DNA from: Bugula neritina
Lineage: Eukaryota; Animalia; Bryozoa
Assembly (NCBI GenBank): GCA_964035545.1
Contig: CAXIUT010000124.1
Coordinates: 1-37,530, forward strand
Direction: 5' to 3'
DNA: 37,530 nucleotides
In this document: one piece after another, positions 1-14,500 of the stretch
Layout of the letters: every line of letters starts with the position of its first letter
Position numbering within the stretch: position 1 is the first letter of the stretch
The notes under the pieces: model-generated
What the model saw: only the letters and a program-made list of their open reading frames with translations
The model's database searches: none
What the model was told of the DNA's origin: nothing
Translations under genes and position numbers: made by a program

Positions 1-76
1 CCCAACCCCAACCCCAACCCCAACCCCAACCCCAACCCCAACCCCAACCCCAACCCCAACCCCAACCCCAACCCCA
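1..76 (+). repeat. Telomeric repeat (CCCCAA)n, left chromosome end
   Basis: Perfect C4A2 tandem array from base 1 to 76. This is the Tetrahymena-type ciliate telomere in left-end orientation. Confidence 0.97.
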
Positions 77-128
77 GAATTTATTATCTTATTTCAATTT
101 AAAACAAATATTGTCATTCATATCATTA

Positions 129-3100
129 TCACATCCGGTATATCATAGTAGGCAACCCATAGACCACCATTGCCGATCCATTGAGATGAGGATAGTAGCA
201 ACTTTCCTTAGCTTTATTCAAAATAGTACCTAAATTGTTTTATTTATCCTGAGTAAGCATATTGATAGTAACATCATCAATATCGACATCAGTAACACTC
301 CATAGACAACCCACATAGCTAGGACATCCTCTCATTAGAAAATCAAAGGAACAACCTGAAGGTTCTGAACCTTAAAATGTCATTTGACAGCTATTACATC
401 CAAATACCAACATAACACATTTAGGATTAAAATTGATATATTGAGATGATGGAATGTGTTCTAGACCAGTGCCATGTCCCATATACAGATAACAATCTTT
501 ATCAAATAAATGTATTATCTCCTGTAACTCAGGTTTTCTTCCAGTTATTCCCGACCAATTACTATATTTCTAACGAATATATCTGAACTTATCTTCAGTC
601 TAGGGAAGATCGTTTTTGGTATTGACCAGATATTTGCAATTATTCAAATTAAATTTTGATTATTTTTAACCATTAATAAATAAGTATTGTAGCGATGGAA
701 TACGGTATATTGCATTATAGATAGATAACGATCGAATTCCTTCAAAAGGAAATGATAAAAAAGGATAATGTATATAGATTAATACATTTTACAATATTTT
801 ACCATAAATATATTATAATTATATCGAAAAAGATTATAACTTCCTTTTTATCTGCTAAAAAATACCCACTCGAAACCTCCGAACATACAACTACAAGTGA
901 TAACTCATCTACTTCTAGATAAATAAAAATTTATGCAATCCAGTACCTTATAGTTGTTTCAATATCTATCTAGGTATATGATCAGTATTGATATCTCTTA
1001 CTCCAATATCAGTATTAGCTATAATTTTACCAAGCTATTTATCCAATCCCTTCCTCTTTTTATAATTAATATTTGAATTAATGTCTTTTGATTTTATTAT
1101 CTAGTTATTACTTTTTATGATTGAATTAAAAACGTCTATTTTGTCTTAAAATTCTACCAAACGAACATAAGTCACCAGAATGTCACCTTGACAAGCCAAA
1201 TTATAAAGATATGAACCGATTGGAAATAGTATTGAAAGGGGATACTTTATTTTGATAAGAACCTTTATTTTGTTTTAAACTATGTCATTGTATTGATCTT
1301 TCATTGTGTTATAAATTTTAACAAAAGAATTTATGGAATAAGTTATATCTTCATACTTTCCTTCACTTAAAGATATGGTAAAATCATTGCTAGCCCATAA
1401 TTACTTAATTACATAGTTAAACTATTAAAAAATAATAGCTATTTTTACTATAATTTTGTCAATCTATCTATGGTCTTCAACAGAAAAAGAGTCTATATTT
1501 GATATAGCATTGTCTAAAAATTAACCAATATAGTCTTTAATAACCAAAAGCATAACGATAATTTTCAAATATAAGAGCAGATAACTCCACACAAAGTTTC
1601 TTCGACACTTATAGTTACTATTCAACTGATTTATATTTTAATTGTTTTATATCTATCAAAAGAGGAAAATTTTAACTATTAATTTTATCTTAATAGATAG
1701 ACATAGTTGATTTTATTTTGATTTTTTGCCATTAATTGATCCCAACATATCGAAAACAATCATCATAAACATTTCAGCCAATACCACTCCTATCCTTCCA
1801 CCATTTTTAAACGCATTATCAACTGTCCTTGAAAATCCTTTCAGATTTAATCCCCAAGATAGTGATTTCCTTCGATCACATAAAATACGATCTATTTTTC
1901 TATACTAGGAAAGGTCAATATCATTAGTTATAATCTTTTTTAAGCTATCTGCTATTTTCAAATAGTTGATGTCTTTTTTCTTTTGTCTCAAAATCAAAAT
2001 AGGTAAAGTGAGTTAATCTAGATGACCACTTCTAGTGAGAAAAGTCGTTGAAAATTTAATAAAACTTTTAATTTTAGACAACTAATTCAATTAAATAGAT
2101 TTATTCAATATTTTGTTGGTAAAAAGAACTAGTAGTCTAAGATAAGACCAATCTTCTTACCAAATTTAACTAAACCATTTTGCTGAATCATATAAGTATT
2201 TTTTAATTGTTTAGACATCTTAAGAACAACATTCTAATTAGCCATTTCAAAAGGAATATAATTAAAGTTAAAAATCTTTGATGTAATATGCCAAACTATC
2301 GTTTTCAAATTGTTGATATAAGATAAAGGAGTTGCTTTGTATAGATATAGTATTTTGAATATACGACGAGATTCAAATATTTTTTGAGTTATTTATCCGT
2401 CAAGTAAAAAGTATATCATATGATTCAGTTTTTATGAAAACTATTGTGAATTACCAACTACTTACTTGATTTTATTTTTTATTTTTTACTATTCTTGCTT
2501 ATCAAAGATCTACAAAAATACTAATCTTGATATTTAGAACATAAATATCTATTAACCAATATACTTTTTAACGAGAGACAATCGATAGGATATCAAAATA
2601 TGTTTAAAAGAATTCAACTCTGTCAAATAAGCCAGATAAACAAGATCATTCAAGTAAGAACATGTGGCTCTAACCTAATTCTAATCTTAAAGCTATATTT
2701 CATAAATATTGATAGAACCATACGATTAGATCACTTACAATCTATTTTAAAACTTTAAAAATATATTTTACAATTATTTGCACCTTAACTTAACAGTTTT
2801 CAAGATAGTTGCTATATTATCAATTTCTTAATGCAAAAAACTATATTAACCAATATCTCCCATATTCATACTCTAAGTAGAAGCTATCTTTTTAAACGAA
2901 ATATCACTTTAAAAGTTAAATCCATTCGGATAGATTAGATAATACAGATGTTTTAAAGAAACTGAAGCCAAAAGTCCCAAATCTGGAATAATCTTTTCCT
3001 ATAAAATATGACTAACATGATTGATATAATTTAAGGCAGGTTTTTATAAAAATCTTATCTATAATAAATCAATTACATCTGCTATAGTCTGAATATATGT

Positions 3101-5297
3101 CTTTGTAGATAAATCATTCATTTTTTACAAACGAATAAACAAACTATAAAGCTAACTTTTTATATTAAATGTATAATCTATTAACTATACTTTTTATTTT
3201 AATGATAAATTTGATCTTTTTTCCATCAGTTTTTGAAGAAGAGTTATAAAATTTGATAATATTTATCTGTATTACTTATTTGAACAAAATTATTATCTAT
3301 TTATCAATGAAAATGATTATCTAATTATACTGTCTTTTATTATGTTTATATTATCATCATTAGCTGAAATTAATTTTAGTAGATTCTATAAAGAATCTTA
3401 TTAAAAGTATTAATAGTATTCGCCTATAATAGGTATAATTTATGAATAAATGTTAGCTTTTTAAAAGAGAGAAAGGATGTGAGTAGATTTGTTTATTTCT
3501 TTCAAAATTGATTTTAGTTATAATTCAAGACCTTTAATAATTAATATTTTTTGTTATCGTTTATTATTGGTCATAAAATTATTATTTTTTATATTTTATC
3601 TAAAAGAATAAAATGAAACGACTATTTTAATTTATTTTATTAAATATTTTAATGATATTCTTTGAAATAGTCTTTAGATAACTTAAAAAGCTACTAGATA
3701 AAGCTAGCTAAACAACATTTTGTTCAATATTGTTAATAATCTAAATAAATATATTTTTACTAAATTAAATTACCAGCTGCATACCCCTGACTTAACTCAT
3801 CAAATGATATTTTTATAAAAAATGTAAAAACTATCGACAATATGAACATTTTCAAATTATATTTTCCATTTATTATTATTTTATTAATGAGGCAATATAG
3901 TATCTTTTCATGATATGATAATTTTTAAACATTCATAGTTGGTAAATTTTCTTCCATTCTTTATAAGTGTATTCATCATTTGATAAAGAGGCAACCATTT
4001 ACTAAAATATTTTCGTTATTATTCTTTCCATTCAAATACATTGTTTAAATTATATTTTGAAAGGTTCTTTATCAGTTGATAATTCACAAAATTGTGAAGA
4101 TCAGTCATCAAGATGTACATTATATGCTCCTTCTACTCACCTTTAAAATGTTGAAACATTGCTTCAAAATTTAACTCAAAATTATTTTGAAATTATTCAA
4201 GATCCACCTTTGTTTTTATATTCAAGTTTAATATCTCTTCATGGATTGAAAATATGTAAAGAATACACTCTAATTTAGATGAGTTTGATGATAAGTTAAC
4301 TTTAGTATAGTGTATATTTTTGAAAAAATATTTATGAATTTTGTATTTCAATAAACTAAGAACCAATCTTTAAATTAATATATTAGGCTTTTTATTTTTA
4401 CCATTTTCAAGAGAATTTATGAATTTAACTATTTTTTACATAATTAATGAAATATCAAAACTCTATCCAAACTAAATTACAAAGTTAATAACCATTTCCG
4501 TTTGAATAGTCATTACGAAATTCAAAAAACAATTATAAAAAGTAACCATTTATACTTCCTAATCTCCAACAGTAAAAACAGCTATTAGATTACTTAATAT
4601 AGTAAATATATTGAATTTCATAATTTTCATCAAATTATGATTTTTAATACAATACACACAGTATGATTCAAAAGCAGCCAGAACCATTCTTCTTGTTTTA
4701 AGTTTAATAGTATTGTCTATATTACCTATCAAAGGCAAAAGGTAGTGTTTAAACACCTCTTAATATTCTATATTTTTAGTTTATGTAAATTACTGATTCG
4801 ATAAAAACTGAAGAATTTTGATTGATATTTTTTCAATGAAAGGATAGTTTTTTGAATCATTTACTACCTAGTAATAATTTAACTTCAACTAGTTAATGCT
4901 CAACTATAAAGGAATATTCTTCAGAAATACCTCATGATTTTTGAGCATCTCATTAAGGTTCTACAAATTAACTCTTTTAGATAGCCTAAATGCTACTTTG
5001 AAGTAAAACAAAACCATGTTTTTCTAACTAATAATATTCTTACATTATAATGAGAACTAGCAACAGCAATATGTTTGTAATAAATGTTTCTCCAGTCAGG
5101 TTTCTTTACTTTCTGTCTTTTATAGAGCTATAAAAATTTTTATAGTAACATGTGACTCTGATACCCATCGATTTCCTTCTTTTGTAATCTTCATAAGAAC
5201 AATTAAGCTCATACAATACATCCTTTATTGACTAACTATGCTTTTGTTGATTTGTTTCGTTTTTTTTAGAGGTAAATTGATCAAGAAAGTGACTCAT
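129..5297 (-). CDS. ESP1: Separase (peptidase C50). C-terminal protease domain is secure; start and N-terminal exon structure are approximate.
   Basis: One open frame from TGA 129-131 to ~1650 encodes KRKGLDKELGKII...FLSFPFEGI...IYRIPSL...YLVNTKNDL...WSGITGRKP...YLYMGHGTG (catalytic His), LVFGCNS (catalytic Cys), GCPSYVGCLWSVTDVDID and NGSAMVVYGLP. Upstream is protein-like on the minus strand up to an ATG at 5297, with two clear 20-nt introns and several unresolved breaks (~1656, ~2160, ~2500, ~3350, ~5100). Confidence 0.85.
3741..3760 (-). other. 20-nt spliceosomal intron in separase
   Basis: GTAAAAATATATTTATTTAG; removal gives a continuous protein-like frame (AGNLIELLTILNKMLF) and it fits the intron consensus. 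Confidence 0.7.
5024..5043 (-). other. 20-nt spliceosomal intron in separase
   Basis: GTAAGAATATTATTAGTTAG; removal joins ...ASSHYN to KNMVLFYFK..., in frame with the 4559-4756 ORF fragment. Confidence 0.75.
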
Positions 5298-5452
5298 TAA
5301 TTGTATAATTAAAAAATGCCCTCCAATTTAATTAACAAACTCCTTTGAATTATCAAATAAAATAAAATTTTACTCAAATACTAATTCTATTAAATAAATA
5401 ACTATTATTATTATTCTAATTTAATTATTAAAGATAAGTAAATAAATAACCT

Positions 5453-5523
5453 TTGGGGTTGGGGTTGGGGTTGGGGTTGGGGTTGGGGTTGGGGTTGGGG
5501 TTGGGGTTGGGGTTGGGGTTGGG
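5453..5523 (+). repeat. Internal telomeric repeat (TTGGGG)11 + TTGGG, right-end orientation
   Basis: 71-nt perfect G4T2 array in the middle of the window. Confidence 0.97.
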
Positions 5524-8500
5524 ATTGACATAAGTACACCCAGAGGCTCTACAACTGTTTTCAGTCTCACAATGGTCATCAAGTGTTACTGCTCCTTCGG
5601 GAAGTTCAAGAGGTGGCACCACCATCTACATCAGAGGAGTAGGATTTAGCGCCAATGCCGCAGACAATCAAGTCTGGGTTGGTAATTATCCTTGTTAAAT
5701 ACCTGCAGATGGAGCAAAAGAGACAACTTTAGCCTGCATCACTTCTGATACAGGAGTATATCGCAACATCTATAATCTACCTATTACTGTGAGAAGCAAC
5801 AGACAAAAGCAAGTGCTAGCTAATGGTAGATTCTCTTATACTATCCAAAAGACTCCTGTCATCTAGAATGTTTATCCAGCTTCAGCTGTACCAGGTGCCT
5901 ACCTTCGCTATTATGGTCATCACAGAATAAACAATGTGGGTGATAACCTCAGAAATATGGGAGAAATAAAATCAATTTTTGTTGGTTAGACTCTTTGTGG
6001 AAGATTTGATATTTCAGAAGGATCAGCATCAACACAATCTCCTTCAACAATTGCCTGCAGACATGGAAATTAACAATAAGCTGGCAAATATAATGTTAGA
6101 TAACTTCTATCGATCGGATATAGCACTCCAGGATACTTTCTTAGAAGAACCTCTAGATTAAGATAAAATTTCCATTTTGCAGTCCTACCAGGAATCAATT
6201 CAGTCTATCCTAATGTCGGATCAACACTTGGACAAAAAATAACCATCAATGGAAAAGGATTTTCAACTAATACCTCACTCATCAAAATATCTATTGATGG
6301 AACTCTATGCTAGCCTACAGATGCCACTCCCACTACCATCTCATGTAGCATTGGACCCAAAGATACCAATGCCACTTAAAAACTTGATACCAACTCAGGA
6401 AACCAGAAATCAGGTTATTTTTCAGGAAGCGGACTCAGATATAGAAGATATGGGATTGGAAATCTCGGGAACAAAACTCCAGCTGGTCTCAGAAATGCTA
6501 TTCGATCTAATTCAGGACAAATCGGTCTTCGAGAAGACAGCTACAGAGGATAAATATAGACAGGTAATTTTTATGGCACTTGGTATGGTTAGGCCTTTAC
6601 TGGATACTTTAAAGCTCCAGTTGATGGACGATATACCTTCTAAGGAGTAGCCGATGATTCATTTGCAGTTTATCTTTCATCAACTTATGGTTCAGAAGAA
6701 GCATCGTCACGATTGATCTATTCCGACTCGCCACAAAATGATAATCTCTATCTGACTTATAGAGCATCAGCAAGATCTAATGTGACTCTCATAGGAGGTC
6801 AAAGCTACTATATCTAAGTCTATCATATAAATACTGAAGGGAATGGTTTTCTTAGAGTATCAGTACAAGTTCCAAATAACGATACATCTCTTCACTGGCA
6901 AACCCATACAGTTCATCGACTTAAATTAACTTATGATAATGATCCTGAAATAGTCAACTTTACTCAAACAGGTGGTACTCGTGGCAAAATCAAATTACAA
7001 ATCATCAAAAGATAAATAGGAAAACCTCCAGAAGTAGAATCTACTACTATTAACTATGATTCAAGTATGTCTAATTTCTTAGCAGCTATAAAAAAACTCA
7101 AACCATTCGATGCTTGGTACCAACTTAGTGGATATCGACAAGTTTTTGATTAAAATGGTACTTTAACTAACGATTTGGATGAGGCATACTCTTATAGTTG
7201 GATAGTTAAAATAAACCTTTATCGATCAAGAGATCTAGTTTAAACCATACTCTAACCTGAATTTGTTAATTATATGGGAAACTAATCATTTACACAATAA
7301 GTCATTCACCCTCATGGACCCCTCATATCAGGAACATTCAATCTTGCATTCTACTCGACCAAAATAAAATATAAAGGATCATAAAATTTAAGAGCTGGAA
7401 TGTCTACTGAATAACTACAAAGTGCTTTTCGAGCTCTTCCAGGCTTCGGGTCAGTCAGATTTTAAATGATATCTGATCCCATCTTCCAAGCCTATGGAGC
7501 TACTTGGATCATCACATATATAGGAGTAAACTCATTTCTACCAGACCTCACAACAACTGATACTTTTCTTAAAGGTGGAAAATCAGGAACTAAACCAATT
7601 CTAAGATCCCACACTTATCGATACTACAGTCCTCATCTTCTTTTCGATCCAATAGACTACACTCTCCTTCATACTGCATCATCCCAACCAAACGTCTTGC
7701 TCACCATCAATAATATGCCAAGTGTCTGTCTCGGCGATTGTAAATTCACTTTCATAGCCAATCCTCCATAACTAATATCATCATCAATCAATTCATAGAT
7801 AGTCAGTCTCAGTGTTACTGACCCGAATAACATGGGATATCAATTATAAGATGTCTAGGTACTGATTGGTGGTCAAAGTTGTATGATTGATACTAATACT
7901 AGTCAAACTATTAATAACTTTGATTGTTAATTAGGTGTTAATAGCGATTTAACACCAACAGTACCAGCTGGTAGTCATCTACCGTAAATAAGAATCAAAG
8001 AAGTAGGGCTCATTCCAATCGCTTCAGTCAATTCCTTTGACTTCTCACTTAGTATCACCAACATTAACATCACTTCAGGAGGACATAATGGAGGTTATGG
8101 CATGATGATAACTGGAATAGGATTTCCCTTAACTCCTCAATAAACAACCATATTAATATGCAATGTTTAAGCTACTATATCTACGATCAATAACATACAA
8201 GCTGAAATCATTATGCCCTTCTGTACCAATGGAGTTTTTGATATCACCATCTCAACAACTACATCAATCAGCAACTCAGTACAATTTACATATCATGATC
8301 CTCTATACCAAGGATACATCTACTCTATCTCACCTCAATCAGCCAGTCCAGTCCTCAAAAGCACCATGAATATCACAGGAGTAGGCTTCGGAACTGATCT
8401 CAATGCGATTCGAGTAGATCTAACAAATTCAAGCGGCAAAGTTTATCCCATGCGTATCTTGGTAATCAACAATACCTACATAAAAGCTGGTATCCCAGGA

Positions 8501-11500
8501 GGATTTGCTGGTAAATATAAAGTTCAAGTCAACAAGATAGGCTACGGATAACTCATTCCGAATACAACCAATACTAACGACTTTACCTATTAAACTATCA
8601 TTTACTCAATATCACCCACAGAAGGTAGTATTAATGGAGGCACACTCATCCATATTCAAGGCATCAACTTTTCCCAGCACCATTATAAACACTTGTCTAT
8701 GTTGGCAATTAACTAAACTGGTTCTGCAATGTTGAACATATCAGCACAACAGATGTCCTTTGTAGAACTCCTTAAGCCAGTCAGTACTACAACATCAGTA
8801 AACCTCACAGAGTCTACATTGAAACTAGACTTATGTATGATGCTTAATGTGGAACCAACAGTTCTTGTACTTTCAACTATCTTCCAACTAGTTCAAGTCC
8901 ATCTCTTTCTAAAATATCTCCTTCGAGCATCTATTCAGGTCCAGTCATACTCACAGGAGATAATTTAGATTTGGGTGGCATGCCATAAATAGTACTAAGG
9001 AATAAATAAACTGCAGCAGTCACAATTATCAATTAGACTTAGTATGATTACAATTCATCACAACTGACCTTCAATGTTAGTAATATTGAAAGTGGACCTT
9101 ATAATGTTAAAGTTCGAATTGATCCTATTGGATAAACAAATGGATTTTTGCTAAATGTTAGAGCATCAATTTCAAGTGCCACTCCATCTATTACCTCGAT
9201 TAATGGAAGAATCATCGATATTAAAGGTACTGGACTTCCAGCAAGTTGGCCTCATAAAGACTATGTCCTAAAAATAACTCTAAATGGACGTTTTATTTAG
9301 CCTGTAGTCCTGGCGACTTCACCATCAGTTATGACTTTGTCTCTACCATCAGCATGGAATAATGCTGTCTTTTCAATTCAAATAACTCCTCCATTTGGAG
9401 GAACAGTATCGGGGAGGAAATCTGTTCGAGCTCTAACTAGTACAACTCCAAGTATTAGTTTAAATAGTTCTAGTACAGGAACAGCAGGTTCGATTGGATT
9501 TATTTTTGATAAAAATAATTACTAAGCTATCGATCCATAATATGTTGAGGTCTATTCCTTGTATAATAAAAGTTAAATAAAAAATGTTACAATTTCCTCC
9601 TTAAATATCTCTTCAACTGTTTAATTTTCAGTATAATTGCCAGGAGGTTTATTTGGCTTTAGGTTTTATTACAGTCAGTATGGATGGGCTACTTGTGATG
9701 ATAACATTTCAGTAACTATCTCTCAACCTTCAGTACCTTCTATTCTTACATCTTACAATGGAGGGTAGTTTACTTTGACTGGAAGTGGTTTGAGTTCTAG
9801 TGCTACTATCAACATCAATGGATTCAAAACTACTCTTCAAAACATCACTGCTTCTTCAGCCATAGCTACTGTCCCTCCCTTCGTTAACTCTCTTTCTCAA
9901 AGTCAGTATCAGCTAGTAACTCCTAAAAGAATTACTAAAGATGAGTTCACTATCATCAGTGATAGTCAAGGCAACTAAGAAAAAGCTTTTGATGGATTGC
10001 ATGGAACTCCTTACTCTACTTCTAACTCCAACTGCTACATTGGAATTGATGTTGGGTCTTAGCTCTTATTAAAAGTATCTCGCATCAGATTCTTCCCTAA
10101 TAACCAATGGATGGTTGTTGTCAACTACTTGCTTGGAGCCAAGATATAAGCTTCAGTTGATGGTACTAACTATGATACTCTTACTTCTATAGACTCAACA
10201 GTCATTCAGGTTGGAACATTCATCCTTTTTCTCTTTCTACTTACTATAGGTATGTTAGATTCAGTCATACTTCTTCAGCAGGTTGTCAGTTAGCTTAGTT
10301 TGAAGTCCAAGGAGTTCTTTTGAAAGAAGGTATTTCTTCTCTTACTTCTAACTCAGCCAATATTGTCTATGAAGACGGAGCCAACTCTTTCACTCTAGGA
10401 TCAGTACAGTTCAGAGAAGACAGAACTCCAGTCGTTAACTCTCTTTCTAAAGCTAATGGAGATGTTTTTGGAGGATATAATCTTACTCTTACTGGCAACT
10501 ACCTCAACTTCGATACTCCTTCTGTCTCTATTGATGGAAAAGACTGTGCAGTTCTAGATAGTTCTCTCACTACTATCACTTGCAATGTTTCTGAAAGACT
10601 TACTTTGCCTTAGAAGAACTCCTTTGTTGTTAAAGTAGGATCAAACAATGCAGTCATTCATCAAAGTTTCTCTTATGTCTTGAGATGGAGTGATATTCGT
10701 ACTTGGGGAACAGATATGCCTCCTATCGATGGAGATCTTGTGCATGTTCCTCAAGGCATGAACCTTTTGGTTGACTAATCAACTCCTCAACTCGAAGGAA
10801 TCCTTGTTCAGAATGGAACTATTACTTTTGCTGACTAGAGTGATATGCTAATCAAGACAGGTTTCATACTTTTAATTGGGGGATAATTCATAGCAGGAAC
10901 AGAACAATCTCCTTATCAACATTAACTAACCTTCTAAATGTATGGAGGCTACTATGGCGGACAATTGCCAATATTCGGAAACAAAGTAATAGGTTGCCTA
11001 GAATGCTTTTTATCAATGCACGGACAGAAAAGAATATAACATGGACAGAATTAGCTTCAACAGTTTATCCTGAAGCGATACCATCGAAGTTCAAGATTAT
11101 GTTGACTGGCAAATTGGTGAGTAAATAGTCGTAGCATCAACTAATTACAATCATAGATAAGCTGAAAGAAGAATTATCACAGATATTATTAATGCTAGTA
11201 TAATCGTTGTTAATACTCCCTTTAGATATAAACATTTTGCTGGTATAGAAACATATGGAAATGATACTATTGAGATGAGAGCTGAAGTAGGTCTATTAAC
11301 TAGAAATATCAAGATGAGAGGAGATAGTACTTCAGTTAAATAAAGATATGGTTCTCACCTTTTGATGGCTGGTAGTTCTGAAAACGGACTTAAAGCACAT
11401 ATTGCTTATACTTAATTTACTAAGTGCGGACAGCCAAGAATCATTGGCAGATATTGTATTCACTTCCACATGAATGGTGATGTTTCTGAATCTTATGCTA

Positions 11501-14500
11501 GAGGTAATGCTGTCCATGACTCAATGGCAAGAGTCATCACTATCCATGGAGTTCACTACTTGACTGTCGAACACAATGTAGGTTACTTAGTTCAAGGACA
11601 CAACTACTTTGTCTAGGACGGCATTGAAACTCACAACCTCATCCAGTACAACTTGGCTATCGGATCTCTTGAGTCTTGGACTATGCTTCAAACTGACATT
11701 TCTGTTGCTTCTTTCTGGATCACTAATCCTAGCAACCACTTTAGATACAACCATGCAGCTGGCAGTGACTTCTATGGCTTTTGGTACGAGATAAAGCCAA
11801 GACCTGATGGTCCTTCAGCAACTGGAGATGTCTGTCCGATGGGAAACCCTCTAGGATAAACTCATCATAACGTAGCTCACTCGAATGTTCGTTTTGGTCT
11901 CAGAATATTCAAATTATCTCCAAGAAAATACCCTTGTGGTTCCCTTAATCCTGGTATTGTCAGCACATTTTCTGATTTTACTTTATACAAAAACGGCTAA
12001 AGTGGCTTACTAGCAGAACAGACAGGAAGTTTAATTTTTACAAAGTTTAAAACAGTTTAGAATAGACGTGCAGGAGCATAATTCTATGTCAGTTAGTATA
12101 CTACTAATCTGATAACAATCAAAGATTCAGTAATAGCAGGTAGAACAATCAGCAATAGTCCTTCATCAGGAGGAAGTGGCATCATTACTCCCAGTAAGGG
12201 CAATATCAGAATCGATAATATTCGTTTCTATAATTTTAAAGGAGGAAGTCATAGTCTATAAACCTGTAATGGTTGTAGCAGTCCAAACTCTTTTAACAAT
12301 GTTGGCATGTACATCTACATATCAAATATTAGCTACATCAATGTTAATGGAACTAAATTAAAAATGAATGGCCACCAAAAATAAATACTTTTTGATCTTG
12401 ATGGTACCTTCCTTAAGACTGATTTTGATGGTTACCAAAGAACAACTGCTACCGTCACCAACCACTACAACCATCTAACTAGTGATCCTGCCTGCAACTA
12501 TACAACCAATCCAGGACAATGGGGTTCCACTATTGCTTGTGACTAAACAGTAAAAGTAGTTAAAGTTTATTTCAAGCAAGCAGCTCCAAGTTATTTAGAC
12601 GGAGTTCCTTTAAGAGTATAAGAAATAGGAGATGTCACAGATAATGTTTCATAAACATCACGAGCATACACAGCTACTTACTCTGTTTGGTCTCATTCCT
12701 ATAAAAAGTAACCGAAAAACTCTCCAAAAACCTATGCTTTGCCTTATATAGTAGGTAGAATGTATAATGTATGGTTCTACACAGGCTATGATTTCACAGG
12801 TCTTCAAATGAAACCATCAAGCAGATTGAAATCAACAGATTAAAACATTCTTTTCAAATTCAACTATACCAGTCATAGATAAGTCTTCGATGTAGGAGTA
12901 GCTCCAGTTAGAATGAGGACAAAGTTCTCTCCTAATCCTTACTTCCTAGACTAATATAACTGTACAAATGGTTAATATTTTTATGATGACAATCCAGATA
13001 ATAGAACCTTCCAGATATGTGCAAGTGGTAACCGATCATCTAATATATAAATCAAAGGTATTTTCTGTCGTTATCTTTGCCCAAAAGCTCCAGGAGGTTT
13101 CATAAAATAAGATTTTATTCGATTTTGGAGTAATGCCACACAATGGCCCGGTGGTCGCATGCCTCTTCCAGGATAAAATGTATCAGTCAATGGCAATTGG
13201 ACTATCATCATGGACATCGATCCTGCTCCTTGCGATTTTATGTAAATCGATGGAGATGTCATCATCTAAGATAGAGATAGAAACATTACCTGTAACAGCA
13301 TATGGATTAGAGCTGGATCACTAAACGCAGGAAATGTTACAGAACCATTTGAAAGCAAATTGACAATCCAACTCAATGGATACAAAAATCAACCAAAAAA
13401 TACATTTGATCCTGCACTACAAGCAAATAAAATACTGGTTGTAACAGGTGATTTAAATTTATATGGTTTTAGTCCAGATACAGTAACAACCAAACTCACA
13501 CAAACAGCATCTCCTGGAGATACTTAAATAGTAGTCTAAGATGCTATTGGATGGGAAGTCAATGATACTATCGTCCTTTCTCCAAGCTATAGTTCAAGCA
13601 ATGAATACTAAATGCTTAATATTGAAAACATTGCTGGAAATATAATAACTATCAGTCCTCCTCTCAGATTTAGTCATTATGGAGATCTTTAAATAACTGT
13701 TAATAATAGTATTGGAACACTTGATGCAAGAACCTCAGTCGGCCATGTCTCAAGAAATATATAATTCGTATCAGGTCCTGATAGTGACTGGGGATACACC
13801 ATCTGGATCTATCAAATGTGGGAAGGATACTCTTCAAGAACAGGTAATGCAATCTTCAATTCTGTGCAATTTTCATCAGGAGGACAAATGGGAAGTCAAG
13901 ATTCCACTCTTACCCTAATCAACAACGGTGACCCATCTGCAGGTAGTACTCTAGTCACGAGATGTTCTTTCCTCAACTGCAAAAATGGTTGCATAAATGC
14001 GTTCCTCCATAAAGGTGCAAACATCAACAACAACATTTTCTATGATACCAGAAGATTCCACATGGGATTAAAACAGGTCTACAATTTCGTAGTTTATAAA
14101 AACCTTATGATCGGAGCTAATATAGGAAAAGGACCTACTTCATGTGTATAAGTTACCAATACTCCACCATCCTTCTCTAGACTCAGACTCAATGACAACA
14201 TCTGTCAAGGATCAAGAGTTAATGGATTTGTTCTACCACTTGTATCATGTGGATCATTTAATAAAATGCCATATTACAATAACTTAGCAGGTTCTATTTC
14301 AGCTAATGGTTTTCTCCTTGATAAAGTGTCATCAGGCGGTTGTATGGGTTTCTCAGGAGTTAAAGCCTATGCTTGTGGAGTAGGACAAATAGCAAATCCT
14401 CCAGGTGTAGCTGCAATTCAGTTCAAAAATGCAATTCTAATTGATAATAAAGTCGGTATGTCACTGAGGTTCGGAATGTAAGGATCTGATAGAACAGCTA

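Noticed and set aside
1653-1676. In-frame TGA at 1656-1658 in separase as TGA read-through (Trp) or a 24-nt intron GTTAAAATTTTCCTCTTTTGATAG
   Set aside because: The candidate intron lacks the GTA donor and the position-15 A. This segment has several other frame breaks, and clean genes use TGG for Trp and end in TGA. Left unresolved; probably compensating indel errors.
5428-5625. ORF-track protein with a (NP)n repeat resembling a circumsporozoite-like repeat
   Set aside because: It is the antisense translation of the telomeric tract plus PKHD1L1-like coding sequence.
8670-11075. Four frameshifts in PKHD1L1-like copy 1 as pseudogenisation or programmed frameshifting
   Set aside because: Each is fixed by adding one base to a short homopolymer (for example GTCATT at 10201 vs GTCCATT in copy 2), there is no shared slippery motif, and the corrected frame stays open. 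Read error is most likely; raw reads would settle it.
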